The position numbers and the translations under genes are program-made. 64,000 nucleotides of DNA, taken from the NCBI GenBank assembly GCA_964035545.1, contig OZ037766.1:3162001-3226000 (forward strand), in the 5' to 3' direction. Within the stretch, counting starts at the first letter, position 1. The number at the start of each line of letters is the position of its first letter. Shown piece by piece: positions 1 to 12,900 of the stretch. The notes beneath the pieces were generated by a model. It was not told where the DNA came from, ran no database searches, and saw only the letters and a program-made list of their open reading frames with translations. Source of the stretch: Bugula neritina. Taxonomy: Eukaryota; Animalia; Bryozoa.

Positions 1-312
1 AGAGTGTGAGCAAATCCACCCCCCCCCCAATTACCTACCATAAAAGCATTACAACACTCAAGTTGTATCTCTAACAAGTAAAAATATCTAATGAATGCAC
101 TACTCAAGTATAAATGATAACAAATATAATTATTGTTGCCACCTAACTTTGTAGAACTAATTTTCACTTTAAAGTTTTCTTTTAAAATCAACAAACTTTA
201 ATTGATACAAAACAATAACCCCAACCAAGACCTACCCAATCTGGCTGATACACTTGTTTCTATTCCAAGATAAAAACCAACCATACTACACCTAGACTTT
301 AGAGCAACCTAC

Positions 313-2343
313 CTGGGAGTCTGCTGGTGTATCGGTACCAGTATACTTGGGAGGGGAGGTGACCACCTCGTCCTGTGTTGGCACCAGGTCCTCGGGCTCC
401 TGCTCCATTATACTGTAGTAGAGGAACTTGGAGAACATGTTCTGGTGGAGCAGCTTCTTGTGGGTCTGCTGAGACCGGTGTGGTACTCTGCTAATCTGCA
501 GAATACACTTACTATTTAATGTGGTACTCTACTAATCTGCAGAATACACTTACTATTTAATGTGGTACTCTGCTAATCTGCAGAATACACTTTTTTTTTA
601 ATGTGGTACTCTGCTAATCCGCAGGATACACTTACTGATGTGTAACTAGAGACTGCAGAATACACTTACTAAAATACGACACAGACTACTTAGAACAGCA
701 CTAACAAAAGTTTACGTTAAAGCCGGTAAAGGCTTTGCACAGCAGGAGTGGATACAGAAAGAGGGGGTGCAATAGGGAGTGATCAGATGGAATGAGTACG
801 GGTAGGTACAGCAACACAGAACACCCCAAACCTCCAAACTCTAAACCTCCAAAGCAAGATTTTACCAGAACAAAGTAATACTATAAGCCTGAACTACTGG
901 CAGTCAACCTCTCACCTCTCCATTCAACACCATCTCTGTGTAAAACTTCTTCAGCCAACTCCAGTCATCCTTCTGCTTGCGAATCAGATGCTTGTGAATA
1001 TCAAACTCATCAATGAGGAGGGTCTTGCCCACTCGGTGAATCATTAAGCTGATTGGTTTGTCTTTAGCGAATGGTACCTCGAGTAAACTTTTTATATTCT
1101 GTAAGAAAACACAGCAGACGCTGTGAGATGCGACTGGAAAATTTTGTAATCAGTTTAGCAACAACTATTGCTTCTTTCAGCAAGGATATGCACACTTGCT
1201 TTAAATAAGATTCCAACCACTAAAGTGAAAGACTTTTGCACACTGCTCGTTTTACACCATCAATGAATGTAATATTTACTCGACATGATAATTTCATCTC
1301 ATGAAAATTGCTGCCTATGGCATAGGAAGAGCTGTTAATCTGTTGAGAATGCATAAATATTATTTCAAACTTTAGTAAAACCTGTTTACAAAAGCTTGAA
1401 TAACTCCATCACAAAACTGAAGTTGCAAAATTGAATGGGGTTTTTATGACATTAACCAGTTATACACCATTTCATGTTATTAACATCATTTCAAAATCAT
1501 CGTTACAGAAACTAACTATGGACAGCCTACCTTTGCATCAGAAATAACATCTATAGAGTCCACATCTTCCACCTTGGACTCGGCCATTGAGATGCTAGAC
1601 ATGTTGGATCTCTTGTTTTTGCCATACAGCGCCCTCTGTATGTACTTCTCTATTGGAGACTTTGTTCTCAACCAGTTGTGTGGTGGTATCTTCAAATCAA
1701 GGTCCGGCCCCAACCACTGAATGCTAGTGGGAATTTCTCTCAGAGGATAATCTGTTTGAGATATATTAAAATTGATTGATTGATTTATCTATTGCATATC
1801 ACAGACATGACAACACGTTGCGAAATTCAGTGTAAATACTGGCTATATTATAAATAGGCATGAACAAAAATGAAAGAAAAAATAATAATAAAAAATGCAG
1901 ATGATGCAATTATTAGAAATATTTATTAGAATTAGAAAAGAAACCAAGTTTTCACGCAGCAAAAAGATGTTACTCTAACTCTATATAAACCAAGCCTACT
2001 TGGTTTACTGTAAGGACAACAAACATGGCTGACCACTTAAGTGTGCTAGAATATAGTACTTTTTCATTTTTAAATATACTTTCGAGTACACAAAACTTGT
2101 TAATAAGTGACAATAAACCAGGGAATATTAATCTCAGTGAAAATGAGAGAAAATTGTGGTAAATAAAATTCAAGGATTTGCGAAATTCTCTTAAATCTAG
2201 CAAATTAAGAAATTTGTACCTTCATATAGTACAAGAGCTTTAGAAGAGGAGCTGTGGATTGCAGTTGGTGGGTTATCTGTAGAATGTCTGTCTGTGTTGA
2301 CTTCACATTTATCTCCATCAGGAAAGTTGTCGCAATGAGACAT
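313..2343 (-). CDS. EDRF1: Erythroid differentiation-related factor 1 homolog, 5' coding exons (gene continues beyond the left edge of the window)
   Basis: Exons 2343-2220, 1751-1531, 1098-916 and 495-313 join in frame with GT-AG ends. Translation: MSHCDNF...SKALVLYEDYPLREIPTSIQWLGPDLDLKIPPHNWLR...VDSIDVISDAK|NIKSLLEVPFAKDKPISLMIHRVGKTLLIDEFDI...DDWSWLKKFY...|...NMFSKFLYYSI. This matches the EDRF1 N-terminal motifs as I recall them (DLxLPPxNWLR, DVxSDxENIKxLL, HRIGxTLLxDE, SKFLYYSI). Confidence 0.88.
478..640. repeat. ~41-bp tandem repeat (about 4 units) duplicating an EDRF1 splice acceptor and exon start
   Basis: Unit tgtggtactctgctaatctgcagaatacacttactatttaa is repeated. The first unit overlaps the true acceptor at 496-498. 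Confidence 0.9.
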
Positions 2344-2459
2344 ACTAGCTGCCCTGTATATTTTCAGTCACAAGTCTGACCTTCAGATTTACAACACAAA
2401 TATAGTAAACATGATCCGGCATAATTACTATCATTGAAATATTTTTGATGATGACGCAA

Positions 2460-3400
2460 CACATTACCAAAAATACATTAATAATTTAGTAGTTTGAGTT
2501 TGAATTAAACCATAAACACTGAAATAAATTATCAGCAAAACTTGGCATTTGATTTTATCATTTATATTTATCTTTCATTTATATCCATCCATCCATCCAT
2601 TTATATTTTATCATCATCATTCATCATTAAAATGATGATAAAATAATTTCAATAACAACAATAATATTAATACCTATAGGCTATAGCAATAGAAACCTCA
2701 ATAGTCATTATGGTTATGTTTATTATCAATATCATTATCATTGATTATGACAACATTCTAATTCATTTAAACTTAAACTTAAACTTAAACTAAAACTTGA
2801 CTTCGATTGATATTATATATAAATTGAATCTAGCTCTTTTTGTGTTACTGTTGTGTATTTGTATTTTTTTGTCCTTTTGTTTTTTTTGATGGAGAAACAA
2901 ACAAACAAACAAACAAATAAAGTGATCAATTCTTATGTTGAATTCAAAATCAATTATTATACTTGTACTTATAGAAAACTGAATAATATAGTATAATTGA
3001 ATGATAAAATTAAAAATATCAATAATCATAATGATAATGGCAATGCAAATTGTGCTTAGCAGCAATGTAGCAATGCCAATATGTTACTATTAGTATTACT
3101 ATTAGTATTAGTATAAGTATGACATTACCATTATCAATTAATATTATGAAACAGAATATAATAATATTAAATTGAATATATTATATAATAAATTTATAAT
3201 ATAATTATAAAATTAAACATTAATATTATCAATTTAAATTATATCCATAAACTTAAAGTTAGAGATAATCATAATGATAATCATAATATTATAATTATAA
3301 TATAAAATAATAAATATAAAATTGTAATCGATTACTACATTGTAATTGTTACTAAGTACAATTGTCAATTTGAATTAGTACTTAATTGAAGCGGTTGCAG
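2460..3400. repeat. Degenerate 3/6-bp-periodic low-complexity tract upstream of the EDRF1 ATG
   Basis: For example aacttaaacttaaacttaaactaaaacttgacttcg and tactattagtattactattagtattagtataagtatgac. The hexamer register is kept while the unit drifts. Confidence 0.7.
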
Positions 3401-6400
3401 GGCATGTATAAATATAATGATTTCCCAGACATTAGTCTAATGATCAGATGCATTGATTTTGAACTGGAAAAGACCAAAAGACCAAATATTTTGAGTTCAG
3501 TGATCAGATGATCCTGGTTGATATTATTAGTCGCTAGAATCATTATTTCAATTTTTTCTCTTTTCCTGCGCTTTCTAGACCTAGCTTTTAAACGAAGATG
3601 ATTTTCGAAACGATTCGGCTCCTCTCCCACCATAAAAAGTTAAAATAGCAGAAATCAAGACTTTTTAGAACATGGCTAAAGTTCGCTTGAAGCAGCGCCT
3701 AGTCGGGGGTCACTTAGGGACAGTGGTTCGGGTGTTTCAGAGGTTGTATACTAAGAACAAAGGCTCATATTTGCCTATACAAATTTGCATTAGTCTTTTC
3801 CGATTCTGATGCTGCTTCTAGGGATTTCTAACGCAACAAACTTTGTAACGATAACTCCAAAACATATATAATAAAAGCCTTTTCTCGTCACAATCTATTA
3901 CATTATAATCAACATTATATTCATATAATATTATGGTTTATCATTTCACAGTACACTGTACACCCTGGTTAAATCGTCAAACAAGTAGTACATAAGAACC
4001 AGACAGAAGGCTTCAAATTGTTTTTATCTATTAAATATGATATATGTATACATCTTGGCTGGTTAATAATGTGTAACTTAGTTTTAATCACATAATATTA
4101 TGTTGAATTATTTGAAGTTCATGAACTAAATTTTCATTCAGGTGTATGCACTATTAGATGTAGTATTAAAATAAAATACAATAAAGCAACCAGTTCCAGT
4201 CACACTGTATGTCAACTATTGGGTTGCAATGGTTTTTTTTATTAAAAGCACTTTAAAAAATATAAACTGCTTGAATTTCACCAAAAAGCTGAAAAAAATA
4301 TATAAACATAGGGTGTAATATTGAAAAACTAGACTATACTAAAACAAAACCGTGATTTGTTAAATGATCTACTGTCATATTGCGGGCAAACATGGTGTAT
4401 GCATGCCACATTTTTATTTCAACGTTTTCACAGTTAGTTTAAGGTCATTACTTTCCAGATTCAAGCACTGCTTTATGTTATATATAAACGGTTTCCAGGG
4501 GATAGCTCGAACAGTTTTTGTCTCACATTAACAAATTTTACATGAAAAGATAGCTCTTGCATTCCTCTTTCATATACTTTTTTAATTTTTCAATAAAAAA
4601 TTTTCTGAGAAAGTTGTTGCATAATAAGTAAAATTTTACACCCTCCATGTTCCACTGCTGTAGCACAGGGGATTCATTTTATAAAGTCTAAAAGTTAAAC
4701 TTGACATTCCTTGATATGTTTTCTCTAATATACTTTCTTTGTTTTTTGAAATTCTGTTTATGCTCTTCACAATTTGGTAAAAACATACACCATTTTGCAA
4801 GTTTCACTGCAATTTTCTAAATTCTTCATATGGTGGTTCTAGCTACGCTCCTGTGACTAATTATAACATTTCTAGTACGTTTGCCGCTCTGCGCTATCAC
4901 AATAACATATAGTACCCTCTCGCACAAATTGGCAATCTATTGGATTTCTGCCAATATAATGTTCCCTGTTTTATATTAGCACTTAGCTGAATCATCTCAC
5001 TATGTTATAATAATATATTGAAAATGCCTCAGCACAACATAATTCTTTGTTTGCTTGGCAGAGTTAATTTCAGCTAAATCACTTCACTTTGCAGTCTTGT
5101 CAGTAAAGGTCTGTCTATAGCGCAGCAGGTGTACTTTCAGTTTCTCTAATTCACATATGATTATTTTAAGTACATTGTATTCTATAAGATCAATTTAAGG
5201 TTTAGTCCAGTGTTCAGTGTCTAATTATTATGCATGTATGTTGTTTTACTGTTGAACAAAAGTTAAAAAAAAACTTTACAATTATAACCATATTTATTAT
5301 GCATGCGTAGGATTTGCATAAGTTGACAAAAAAAATTGCAACAAAACAGGGATGAACCATGACCAACCAACTCCTCACTGACGCCTCTAACCTCTAGACC
5401 ACGCAGTCATCGTTAATCAACGCGCACTATATGAGTGACTATCATTACATAAATATTTCGGCGCAAATGGGTTATAATTATTAGGCTGTCAATTCATGTT
5501 GATAGCAGTCAACTGTTGCAATAGTCTCGGGTTACTAGCAAAGCTAATGGTTTTGAACAAATAACCCAAAAGTTTAAAAATAAGTAGCTTGCGTATTACT
5601 AGCTACAAAAACAGGTCTGAAATAGACTGGTAAAGCAAGCTCTTATTGTAGAGTTTGCAGATGTGCTCTAAAATAAAACTTAAACTGTATGCTATTACAT
5701 AAGTATTTGTAAGCGAGAGATAAATGGACATTACTGAGTTTCTGGAAAACAACATACTTGAAGTTAACTTTGACAATGGTGTGTTATTTTCATCATAGCT
5801 AGCCTATAGCATAAATCTCTTATCATATGAATCTTTATGAAGCCCACAGCTCATGTAAGGGTGGCAATGTAATTTGAAATGAACAATTATGTTGCTGCAT
5901 TGTGTCTAAGGTATATTAGAGAGCAGAATTTGGTTTTACTAGCCTACCCCAACGGCATTCTACAATGCAGCTTATATGCTGGCAGTTGTAATAAGTACTG
6001 CCAATAGCAAGGTTACTATCACTGCTAGCTCTGTGCAGTATGTAACCTCTTGAATAATTGCGCCAATTTTAAACTCTTGGAAGTTGGCCAAGTTATCATA
6101 TCGCAGCCAGCCACCGGAGACAAAGCATCAGAGCTATTCATATAATATTATACTGATGCACTTGGTAGCAGAGTGGCTAATCTAATATAGTTCATAGTTC
6201 AACACCCTTTACTTTGGGAATACGGCCTCTTTTTTTAGGTTTACCTTACAAAGCATGAAAATATCTAAACTGATATTCTGATAATTTAGAGGTACATTTT
6301 GAAAACTGGGTTAATTGCACTTGTTTGCACAACAACAATAATAAAATAGATATTATGCAGGATAATAAAAACACACATAATACTATATAATATATTATAA

Positions 6401-6998
6401 TGATAATAATATAATATTATAAGTACCATTACTGCATTTTATAAATTACATGGTTGCCAAAAAAATGTATCACAAATTTTGTAATTATACATCAAAAATA
6501 GAAATAGCTAGGCAGCAGGTTAGAATAGAGTAAATTTTTAAAACATGAAATCATGATTTGACTATTGTTTTATTTAGGCCAACCAACCTAGGAATACAAG
6601 ATTGGGTTTTAGCTGACAGTTTATAACATTTAGCTTTTGAGCCAGCAGCACTGGCACTTGTGAAGTATAGGCAAAGTTAGTGAAGCGAGACTAACAAGCA
6701 CTCAAATACAAGGCATATTGAGACACAATAACAAGTCAGGAGCGTATAAATTGAAAAGAATGTGGAAGGGGGACTATGTTTTTCAACAAGCTATAACTTA
6801 AACATGAATTGGCTTTTGAAAAAAATAAAAAAGTATATTGGAGAACATAAGTTTCTTTACCTTTTCATATTTTTTTTGTTCCTGTGACATTCAACCTGTT
6901 CGAGCTATCAGTGGAACATTGTTCATATAGAACATAAAGCACCTGGCAAAGAGCCAGAAAATGAAAAGTATGACCTTAAACCAACTGTGTTAACAGAG

Positions 6999-9900
6999 CT
7001 ATAATGCTGATTTTGGTCTCTTCTGTGATTGGCTGAGTCTTCTGTACATCTCATCTATGATTGGCCGATATTTCTCCTGACATTGGACCCTCTTCAACTT
7101 GAACGTAGGAGTTAATAGGTTGTTCTCTACACTGAAGCTGTCAGTGGTCAGATGGATGTCCTTGACCTGCAAGTCATGCCACGGAAGTGAAGAAGGGCTA
7201 AAGGTTAAAGCATTGCAAGTTCGTGTGTGCATGTGTGCGTGTGCGCATGCGTGTGTGGGCGCGTGTGTGCATGTTTATGTAATTTTTAGTAGCATGATTC
7301 TACATTTACAATTGTGCATATATAAATAACAATTTTCATTTCACATAACAGTTAAAACAAAATTTTTGCACTGGTTCAACTATCATATTATCTACTTTGA
7401 GAAACACCAGCCTATAGTAAGTCAATTGTACTATAAATTTGAATTCTATAAAGTCTCAACTAACCTGTTCGAACCCTTTCAACTCAAACAGTTTAGCCGA
7501 ATGAGCCATTGCTTTCATCACAGCTACCTTCACTTTTTCATTTTTACACAATTCTTCCATGTTTGATGTACTAAGCCCAAGTTCTGATTGAGCAAATACT
7601 GGAAGTGTCGCTGGGTCGGGTACCACAATACCGACCTAAAATCATCACTAGTACTTAAATCTTTACTGCCCGTTGCATATTGCATATTCACAGCACTCGA
7701 AAACATATTATAATTATTTTTGAAAGCAATAATTATCACTAACAAAATAAGAAAATAAATATTACTTAAAATATTGGCCATGTTGGCAAAATTTTGAAAA
7801 AAAAACAAACATAAAAAGCGAACTCATAATTGTAGACTGCAAACTGTCACCATAAACATAAAAAGTGGACTCACTAGTGCAGACTGTAGACTGTCACCGT
7901 GTACAAAGCACTGAGCAACCAAAGAACAACTCATATAAACATTTTCTATCTTCTCTGGTGCCACATATTCTCCCTGAGAAAGTTTGAAGATATTTTTCTT
8001 TCTGTCGACTATCTTCAGTGTACCTCTCTGCAGATATAATATCAAATATATTATATTGTATCGCTTTGTAATAATAGTATCAAATGTATTATATTGTATC
8101 TGTCTGTAATAATGTCAAATATATTATATTGTATCTCTCTGTAATAATATTATTACATATATTATATTGTACTTCTCTGTAATTATAATACAAATATATT
8201 ATATTGTATTTTTCTGTTATAATAACATAAAATACATTAAATTGTACATCTCTGCAATTGCAATATGGAATATAATATTATATATATTACCTCTCTCTAG
8301 CCATACTAAATTATTTGAAAAACGGTGCAATTAACTGTCCTGTGAAGTAATATAATATATTATACATATCATTCAAGTATTCTTGTCAAAACTCTATCTT
8401 ATAGAGCAAAGTAAAGCAATTTTCTTAGCATTATACCAAAATAATAATGACCATTGCACTACATTATAATATAATAGTCTCAATTAGAAAACAAAGAGAG
8501 AGAGTATTTTTAAGTAGCTTATGCAAGGATTATATGAGCAAACTGATGTATTCAAGACCTAGAAAGGTATACAACTCCCGTTTAATTTTTGCAGACACAG
8601 TTCCAATAAAAAACATATGTTTTTAAGTCAATTCAACTGCCTGTAACTTTCTTTTACTGTGCATTTAGAAAATATGTTTTAACTCTTTATTGTTGTTCAT
8701 TTGGAGTCGTGTAATTTTGCATTTTGTAGAGGTCAACAAAAAGCATTGGCTTAGTAAACATACAGCCAGTGGTTTGGTAGAGGTCATTGGTGGTGTTAGG
8801 AATTGTTCCTCAGCCACAACAGAAATTAAATAACTCCTTAGCCTGCTTGAAGAACCTACCCTACAGGGGTTATTACGAAGATGGTGACTTTAAAAACAGC
8901 TCTACTTTTCAAGTGCTAAGGAACATCTTGAATGTTTGAGGATTGAATATACCAATATTATTAAATTTTATGAATAATGCATCATATACAATACAATACT
9001 TATACAATTATAATATAAAAGAAGTGGGAGGGCTTATAATGTAAGCATGACTACACCATATTACTATGAAAGAATACAGAGAGTACAGTTCCTAATGATT
9101 AAGTAATCTATAGTTTATTGCAAAATATGTTGGACAGACAGACAGACAGACAAACAAACAGACTAATAGAAGTGTCGGACAAAACCCGCAGGCAAACAAT
9201 TACCAGATGAGTATTTGGAAAATATATTTCACCTTTTAGTACTGTGGCATGTATCAAACCTCTACAACAAAAACCACCTACCTCAGTCCATCTACCAATA
9301 TCTCCGGAATGTAACCATCCGTCATCATCAATGGTTTCTCTTGTCTTTTCTTCATCTTTAAAATAACCTTTGAACACATTGATTCCTTTACAGCACACTT
9401 CACCCACATTCTCAGCAGCAAAGTAGTTCATCTCAGAGACATCAACTAGTTTCATCATACAGCAACTAATGGGAGGTCCAACTTCACCTGAAAACATAAT
9501 CAACTGCAAATTATACACACGAGAATTACTAGCAACAGCAACACAATAACATGAATCGTCAAAAAGAAATCTGAACTCTTGAAGAGTATTTCTTACCTCC
9601 AATAGTTTCACCAACCAGAGTGAGGCTGGCACCAGCAGAGTTTTCTGTCTGCCCGTAACCTTCAAATACCTACCATATAAAAGCAAACACCTGGCTAGCA
9701 ATGTATACTCTACTGGAAGCTTAAACGCGAGTTTATACATTTACAATTTTTATTCAAAAATTCTATTTGGCCTAGTTGGAAATTTTACCAAGTCAAGGTA
9801 TAAACGCACTATAAGTGTTAAAGGCCATCCTAAAGTGTTTGATGATATATTATAAGTGTTTTAGGTTATCAAATTTTATAAAGTATATTTATGAATATGA

Positions 9901-12900
9901 TCTTTTATATATCAACTTGTATTGCATACTGGCAGGAACATAATTCAGCAACAAGGAACCAAATAATACGTCTGCTGTTTCTCAAAACTCTATAAGACGA
10001 AAGTCTGGTTGAATTTTTAAAATTTTTGAAAGTATCAAATAAAATTAGCTGTCAGCAAAATCTACACAGTTAAATTATTAGAAAACAAGTATTCATAATA
10101 TAATAAACAAAATGACAAACTAAAAATTGAAATTGTCTAATAAGGCTTTCTTGGGATATATATGCATTTTAGTTCCAACTTATCGTAAGTTATGGCAAGC
10201 AGAGAGTTAGACTCTCAACTGTCAACCACCATTTATATAAACTCTGAAGCATAGCAACTACTTACTAGAGCTCCGAACGCTAGCCTGTAAAATCTAAGAA
10301 TGGGAGGTGCAATCAGAGCTGACCCAGTGACTATGACCTTCATCTTGCCTCCTAGCATAGCTTGTATCTTACGGAACACCAACCTGTCCCAAAGTGTCGC
10401 CTTGGTGACTATTCCTCTACAAGTTATGAGCCATATGTAGTGTTGAGTTTACCCAGTGGCCTCCGTGGTGTAATGGTAGCACACTTGCTTGCAAGCTAGA
10501 AAACTCAGGTTCGATTCCCAGTGGTGGCAATTATTTTGCACCATATTTACCAAATGTTGCTTGAGTCAGCTGGTATTTTCATAAGCCAACAATTTCAATT
10601 TGACAGCAATGCAATGAGTGAAACTCAGATTCCAAGTTCAAATAGAAAGAGTTGCACCTGAACACAATCAAGAGATGTTTTGACTAACCGTTTGTAATAC
10701 TTCTCCTTCTCCTCTAAAGCTTTATCAAACAACCAGCGCTTTACTCGGCTTTGGTTTATTCCATTTATTATCTAGAAATATTAACAGATTGCTATAACTT
10801 TGTATCATAGTTTTTTATTTTGTAACACTTGACCTTCAAGTTATAAAACTCACACAAGTTTATAGTCACTATCCCTGTGAGAAACCCCTGGTAGAAAGGG
10901 CTTTTGTTAAAGCAGGCTTAGGACTTATTTAGATGGAGCACAGGAGCAATTATGACTGGATGCTCTTCCTAACATCACCAATGGCCTTTGTTATAATAGT
11001 CTAGTGAAGTTGGTTATAAAGAGTATATACCATATCATATATTCTGTTCAACAGTCTGGGAACAGAGGCAAAATGTGTCGGCTGCAGAAGGATGATGTCA
11101 TTGATTAGTTGCATCACATCTCCGCTGTAGAAACCCACAGTGGCTCCAGTCATCAACATCTGTGCCTAGAAACAGCATAACTCCAAAGTTGATACACCAG
11201 CAAAAAGTGCTTCAGACAAAAATTAATTTGCATAATAAACTTTTTTCCATTATCAAAAGACAAGCATTGTTTATTAGTGCAACTGAAATTATTTTAAATA
11301 TAAACAAAATCTGGATAATTGTGTTTTGAAATTTGCCATTACAAACTATAAAAATAATATTACAAGTAGTCAGACAGATAGTTTGGAATTGGAAATGCAA
11401 CAAAAATACAGGCGCATAAAATGAAGTTTCACAAGCATTTAATATTGACATACATGTCTATACTTTTTATCGATAATCAATCTTATGGCCTTCATATTGC
11501 AGTGAGTTAGAGGTGGTAACTACACAGATATTTGAAATTATACCATGAGAAGAAAATATGAACATGCTAACAACTCACCATTAAAAGCTGTTCATAAATA
11601 TGAGCCAGAGGTAGATAGGATAGAAATACTGCATCCTTAGAGAACTCTTCACCAAACAAATGAACCTGTGTAACCAAATGAAATAGAACTCAGTGAAACA
11701 CTTGGAAAATTGTAGGCTAACTTCTATCAGAATAGAATCCATGATGAAATACAAGATTTTGTATTTAAAGATAAAGATAGAGAGAGTACACAATAACAAA
11801 ATATCATAACATTGACAACTTGTAGGCTAACTTTTCTCCAGCAACACTTTTCCTAACAACTTGAATGCTAGTTAGATAAAACAACTTACCAAATCTATAG
11901 CATTAACCAACTGCATTAGTAATATTTTGACATTACTCATGCAAGACACAAGAAAAGTAAGAAAGTCATTGGGAAACAAGAGTAGAGTGTAAAAATATAA
12001 TACTGCAATATCCAAGTTACTTATCTGTTGCACTGATCGATGCTGCATTTTATTTGTTACTGACACTAATTCAAATCTTTAAAACATTTAAGTTAGACAG
12101 CATGATCTGTGAAAGTGTATAGATATCCCTCAACTATTCGGGTAAATATAACAAATCATCTTCCAGTTGTTGTGAGTACATACTAGAATTGCATAACAAA
12201 CATGCTAGGTATGTTGGGGCTTAGCTTAGCCTGAGATTTACCACTAACACAAAGTCAAGGTTATTGTGACATAGACAAATAACGGCAGCCACTAGAATAG
12301 ACATTGCATACTGACCACATTAGCCATACCAGCTTTAGCTGATCTGTACAGTCCATTGTGTTCTATCATTGCCCCTTTGGGTTTGCCAGTTGTTCCACTT
12401 GTATAGCATATCACACACAAGTCCGAGCCTTTACATGGCTGAAATAATGAAAAGAAATTCCTAATAACTCTACAAAAACATTTGCCATAACATACGGCTA
12501 GCTAGGTATGTAGAAACTATAATAGCTAGTAATTGCACAAAAATAAATCATAGCTCTGTTCTTACTAATTGTGTAGAAGTAAAATAAAATAGTATATTCC
12601 TTTCTAGTTGCATGGAAATAAGTTTTATAATAGATTCTCTACTAGATGCACGAGAAGTGTTACAATAGGAACAAATTTGAAACAGATAAAACATTATGAA
12701 GTAAAAATACTATTAGCTAAATAAAATAGACAAACAGTTCTTTAAAAAGCAGAGATCATAACATACTTACCACGAGTTCAACTGGGTTATTTTTACCTTC
12801 ATTCTAAAACAGGCAACTCACAGTTAAAGAACATGATTACCACAAAAACTGACAGAACTAGAAGGTAAAATTAAAAGACAGGTGACTAGCGAAAATAATG

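Noticed and set aside
11872-12066. Possible second ACSL 'gate' exon (as in vertebrate ACSL6 Y/F isoforms), with a gtaagt donor at ~11889
   Set aside because: No S(Y/F)LPLAH motif or clear similarity to the real gate exon in the frames I read.
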